A DNA stretch of 6,350 nucleotides. It comes from a virus. A program made the translations under genes and the position numbers. Below, piece after piece: positions 3,636 through 6,350 of this stretch (position 1 is its first letter; each line of letters opens with the position of its first letter). The notes below the pieces were generated by a model that was not told where the DNA came from, did not search any database, and was given only the letters and a program-made list of their open reading frames with translations. The DNA lies in the IMG/VR virus record IMGVR_UViG_3300014922_000002, positions 1-6,350 of that record. One strand, 5' to 3'.

Positions 3636-5288
3636 ATGATTAATCAGGAAGTCATAGATAAGTATCTTCGCGCTGATTGTCTTAACCCTGTTAAGGTATA
3701 TAATAAGTACACTCACGAACTATTGTATGTTCCTTGTGGACATTGTTATTCGTGTTTGAAAAATAAGTCGAATCGTGATACCTCCCTTGCCATGAATATC
3801 GCTTCTAATTTTAAATATTGTTATTTTGTCCTGCTTTCCTATTCGGAAGATTTTCTTCCTCGTATGGAAATGATTAAAGAGGATGACCTTGGTAATGGTC
3901 GGATTAATTACACATTCCGTTCCGTTAATCGCAATATGGTTGTTTTAGGTAATAAGAAAGGTAACCGTGGTAGTAACATAGTCCTTAACGATGAAGAGTT
4001 CGAGTTTACTCATTCTATGACTCCTACTGACTATCGAGATATTATTGTTAAATCTCATGGTCGTTTTGATTTTTCTCATAAGTGCGTTACTTACCCTCTG
4101 TTTGAAGATTGTGACAACCTTATCCCTTGTTGCAATACTTCTGATTGCCAGAAGTTTCTTAAAAGATTACGGTTTCATATTAAAGCTAAATATAATGAAG
4201 AAATTCGTTTTTACGCTGTTTCAGAGTATGGTCCTCGGTCATATCGTCCGCATTGGCATCTGCTATTATTCTTTAACTCGGAACAAGTCGCCAAAGTTAT
4301 ATCACAGCATGTATCTGAGAGTTGGAGCTACGGTAATACAAATTGTGAACTTTCGAGAGGAGGCTCTGCTTCCTATGTTGCGTCTTACGTTAACAGTAAT
4401 GTATGCCTACCTTCACTATATATCGAGCACAAGGAGATTAAGGCGCGTTCCCTCCACTCTAAAGGATATGGAAACAATCATGTGTTTCCCAAAGAAGGAA
4501 AGATATATGATATTGAACAAATGTCCTCTGTCCTCCTTAATGGAGAGAGCATTTCTGTTAATGGTAAAGCTCAGACTATCTTCCCTTCACGGTCGTATAA
4601 ACATACCGTATTCCCCAGATTCTGCAACAATGTTTGTAAATCTCCACGTGGGAGTGCTCTCTTATTTTCAGCAGCGTTCTTTGCACCCGAAAGGCTCGTT
4701 TGTCTCGGATATTTGGACATAACTTATAATAAAAAGGATTCCCCTGTATCTGAGCTCGCTCATGCTTATACAGACTTCTTTTTGGACCGCGAGGACAAAG
4801 GTTTTATTCATTCTGATGATGAACTTATAGTTGCTTCTGTTCGTCTTGATGCTCCTAATCGCCGGTATTGGCATTGTCTTACTTATAATCAGATTTATAG
4901 CAAATTCTACCGTTTGTTTAATATGGTAATCCGGTCTGCTAGATTTTGGAATCTTTTTGCTTATGCTGATTTATATCGTCGAGGTGCTATTTATAATCTT
5001 ATGGAAGCTTCTGATAACTATTGGAATGAATATGCTCGACGTCGTCTTCATGATTATTTCGAGTTTCTTGAAAATTGTAACGATAAGCAGCGTTCGTTCT
5101 TGTTTCATCGTACTACGTCTCATGAAATCTTTAATTCTACTGAAGATATTAAACGTGATTATTCTTATGACCCTGTTTTATCTCAAAAATTCCTTGATGA
5201 GTTAACCGCTGACAATCGGAAGGCGTGCGTAGATAAGGTTAAACATAAGGAATTTAATGATTTATCAGGATTATTGTTAACTAATTAA
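3636..5288 (+). CDS. VP4: Rolling-circle replication initiation protein VP4 (HUH endonuclease, phiX174 protein A homologue)
   Basis: 550 aa. It has an N-terminal C-x2-C-x2-C (PCGHCYSCL, nt 3735-3755), motif I YFVLLSY (3822-3842), the HUH motif RPHWHLLLF (His codons 4251-4253 and 4257-4259), and the two-tyrosine catalytic motif SYVASYVNS (Tyr codons 4374-4376 and 4386-4388; compare phiX174 A YVAKYV). A double stop TAA TAA lies at 5286-5291. Confidence 0.93.
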   Translation: MINQEVIDKYLRADCLNPVKVYNKYTHELLYVPCGHCYSCLKNKSNRDTSLAMNIASNFKYCYFVLLSYSEDFLPRMEMIKEDDLGNGRINYTFRSVNRNMVVLGNKKGNRGSNIVLNDEEFEFTHSMTPTDYRDIIVKSHGRFDFSHKCVTYPLFEDCDNLIPCCNTSDCQKFLKRLRFHIKAKYNEEIRFYAVSEYGPRSYRPHWHLLLFFNSEQVAKVISQHVSESWSYGNTNCELSRGGSASYVASYVNSNVCLPSLYIEHKEIKARSLHSKGYGNNHVFPKEGKIYDIEQMSSVLLNGESISVNGKAQTIFPSRSYKHTVFPRFCNNVCKSPRGSALLFSAAFFAPERLVCLGYLDITYNKKDSPVSELAHAYTDFFLDREDKGFIHSDDELIVASVRLDAPNRRYWHCLTYNQIYSKFYRLFNMVIRSARFWNLFAYADLYRRGAIYNLMEASDNYWNEYARRRLHDYFEFLENCNDKQRSFLFHRTTSHEIFNSTEDIKRDYSYDPVLSQKFLDELTADNRKACVDKVKHKEFNDLSGLLLTN

Positions 5289-5294
5289 TAAATT

Positions 5295-6350
5295 ATGGCA
5301 CATTTTACTGGTTTAAAGTCTTTGCAAAATCATGTTCATAAATCTGGTCATGATTTGTCTGCTAAAAATTGTTTTACAGCGAAAGTTGGTGAATTACTTC
5401 CTGTATGGTTTGATTTTGGTATCCCGAATTCTACTTACAAGTTTGACCTTGAGTATTTTACTCGTACCCGGCCTGTCCAGACTTCTGCGTACACCCGTAT
5501 TCGTGAGTATTTTGATTTCTTTGCTGTACCTTGTAATTTGATTTGGAAATCATTTGATTCTGCTGTGATTCAAATGGGAGAAAAAGCTCCTATTCAGTCT
5601 AAGGATTTATTGACTAATCTTTCCATTAAAGGTGATTTGCCTTACTGTTCTTTGTCTGACCTTGCTACAGCCTTGTTTTCTGCCGGAGGTAATACTCCTT
5701 TAGGTAAAAGTGTTCACGTCGTTAGAGATTTTGCTAATATCTTTGGATATAACCGTGGTGATGTTAACCATAAATTGTTATCCATGTTGGATTATGGTAA
5801 CGTTGTCGTTAAAGGTTCGACCAACATTGGAACTTCAGCGAATCGTTGGTGGAATTGCTCGGCTGCTCCTACTAGTTCTGACTTGATAACATATTCTCAA
5901 GCGTACAATGTAAACCTTGCTGTTAATCTTTTCCCGCTTGCTGCTTATCAAAAGATTTATCAGGATTTTTTCCGTTGGTCTCAATGGGAAAACGCAGACC
6001 CTACTTCCTATAATTTTGATTGGTATACCGGTTCTGGTAATCTTTTTGGTTCTTCAGGTATTTCTTCTATAATTCCTCCTACTAATGATTATTGGAAACG
6101 AGATAACCTGTTTTCTCTTCGTTATGCTAATTGGAATAAGGATAAATTCATGGGAATTCTTCCGAATTCTCAGTTTGGTGACCTTGCTGTAGTTGACCTT
6201 GGTACAGTATCTACTTCTGGTTCTAAGATTCCCGTAGGTGCTTATGACGGAATTAATGATTCTGGAACTTTCCACCAGTTTAAAACTAGAACCGAATCTG
6301 TTAATACCGGTGCTACTTCTACCGAAAAAAGTACTGAAATCTTTCCAAGA
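5295..6350 (+). CDS. VP1: Major capsid protein VP1 (phiX174 F homologue), N-terminal part; the ORF is open to the window end and continues at position 93 (equivalent to 1..959)
   Basis: ATG at 5295 is followed by 352 sense codons with no stop to 6350. Translation is MAHFTGLKSLQNHVHKSGHDLSAKNCFTAKVGELLPVWFDF...RPVQTSAYTRIREYFDFFAVP...LFSLRYANWNKDKFMGILPNSQFGD, which I recognise as microvirus capsid signature segments. It is missing from the ORF track only because it has no stop within the window. Confidence 0.93.
   Translation, partial: MAHFTGLKSLQNHVHKSGHDLSAKNCFTAKVGELLPVWFDFGIPNSTYKFDLEYFTRTRPVQTSAYTRIREYFDFFAVPCNLIWKSFDSAVIQMGEKAPIQSKDLLTNLSIKGDLPYCSLSDLATALFSAGGNTPLGKSVHVVRDFANIFGYNRGDVNHKLLSMLDYGNVVVKGSTNIGTSANRWWNCSAAPTSSDLITYSQAYNVNLAVNLFPLAAYQKIYQDFFRWSQWENADPTSYNFDWYTGSGNLFGSSGISSIIPPTNDYWKRDNLFSLRYANWNKDKFMGILPNSQFGDLAVVDLGTVSTSGSKIPVGAYDGINDSGTFHQFKTRTESVNTGATSTEKSTEIFPR
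6259..6350. repeat. Terminal redundancy copy 2 (identical to 1-92)
   Basis: Same 92-nt string as 1-92. The reading frame of the capsid ORF is continuous across the join (codon 6258-6260 corresponds to 6258 + positions 1-2). Confidence 0.95.

Larger units (their letters stand above)
1..6258 (+). mobile_element. Complete circular Microviridae (ssDNA phage) genome unit, 6,258 nt, permuted so that the capsid gene spans the window ends
   Basis: There is an exact 92-nt overlap between the window ends. The gene set is VP1 + VP2 + VP4 (HUH Rep) plus small ORFs, all on one strand. Genes are tightly packed with stop/start spacings of 2 nt or overlaps. The size is typical of the family. Confidence 0.9.

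Noticed and set aside
4507-4522. Second phiX174-origin-like string inside the Rep gene (atGATATTgAacAaat vs ttGATATTaAtaAcac)
   Set aside because: Only 10/16 matches, in A/T-rich coding sequence, lacking the CAACTTG part and any adjacent structure. It is weaker than the intergenic candidate at 2726-2736.
1-6350. tRNA, rRNA, CRISPR array, integrase/transposase or defence-system genes
   Set aside because: No cloverleaf-capable segment, no regularly spaced repeats, and no ORF with recombinase or defence-type motifs was seen. The coding capacity is fully accounted for by the phage genes listed.

Overview
The window is one complete, circularly permuted genome of a small ssDNA phage of the family Microviridae. 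The unit length is 6,258 nt, and positions 1-92 are repeated exactly at 6259-6350, which is the signature of a circular contig. All seven supportable genes lie on the + strand: major capsid protein VP1 (starts at 5295, runs off the window end, wraps, and stops at 959; about 640 aa), a 170-aa protein (1031-1543), the pilot/minor capsid protein VP2 (1546-2664), three small ORFs (3038-3238, 3235-3432, 3445-3633), and the HUH rolling-circle replication initiator VP4 (3636-5288). The VP1 N-terminus, the lack of Shine-Dalgarno sequences and TTTG-type promoter-like motifs suggest a Bacteroidota-associated (Alpavirinae-like) microvirus, but that is inference from memory, not a search result. Codons are strongly T-ending. 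This explains every other ORF in the six-frame track as a +1-frame or codon-register antisense shadow. The main unexplained element is the only large non-coding region (2665-3037). Its first ~270 nt form a compositionally foreign (~60% G+C by hand count), hairpin-dense module with GAAA-loop mini-hairpins, an exact GCGAAAGC motif, mutually exclusive pairings, and a 10/11 match to the phiX174 origin nick core. It is followed by an A/T-rich promoter-like segment. Also notable are a degenerate copy of the VP1 3' end sitting just after the VP1 stop, and a small membrane-anchored ORF that is a candidate lysis or exclusion protein.
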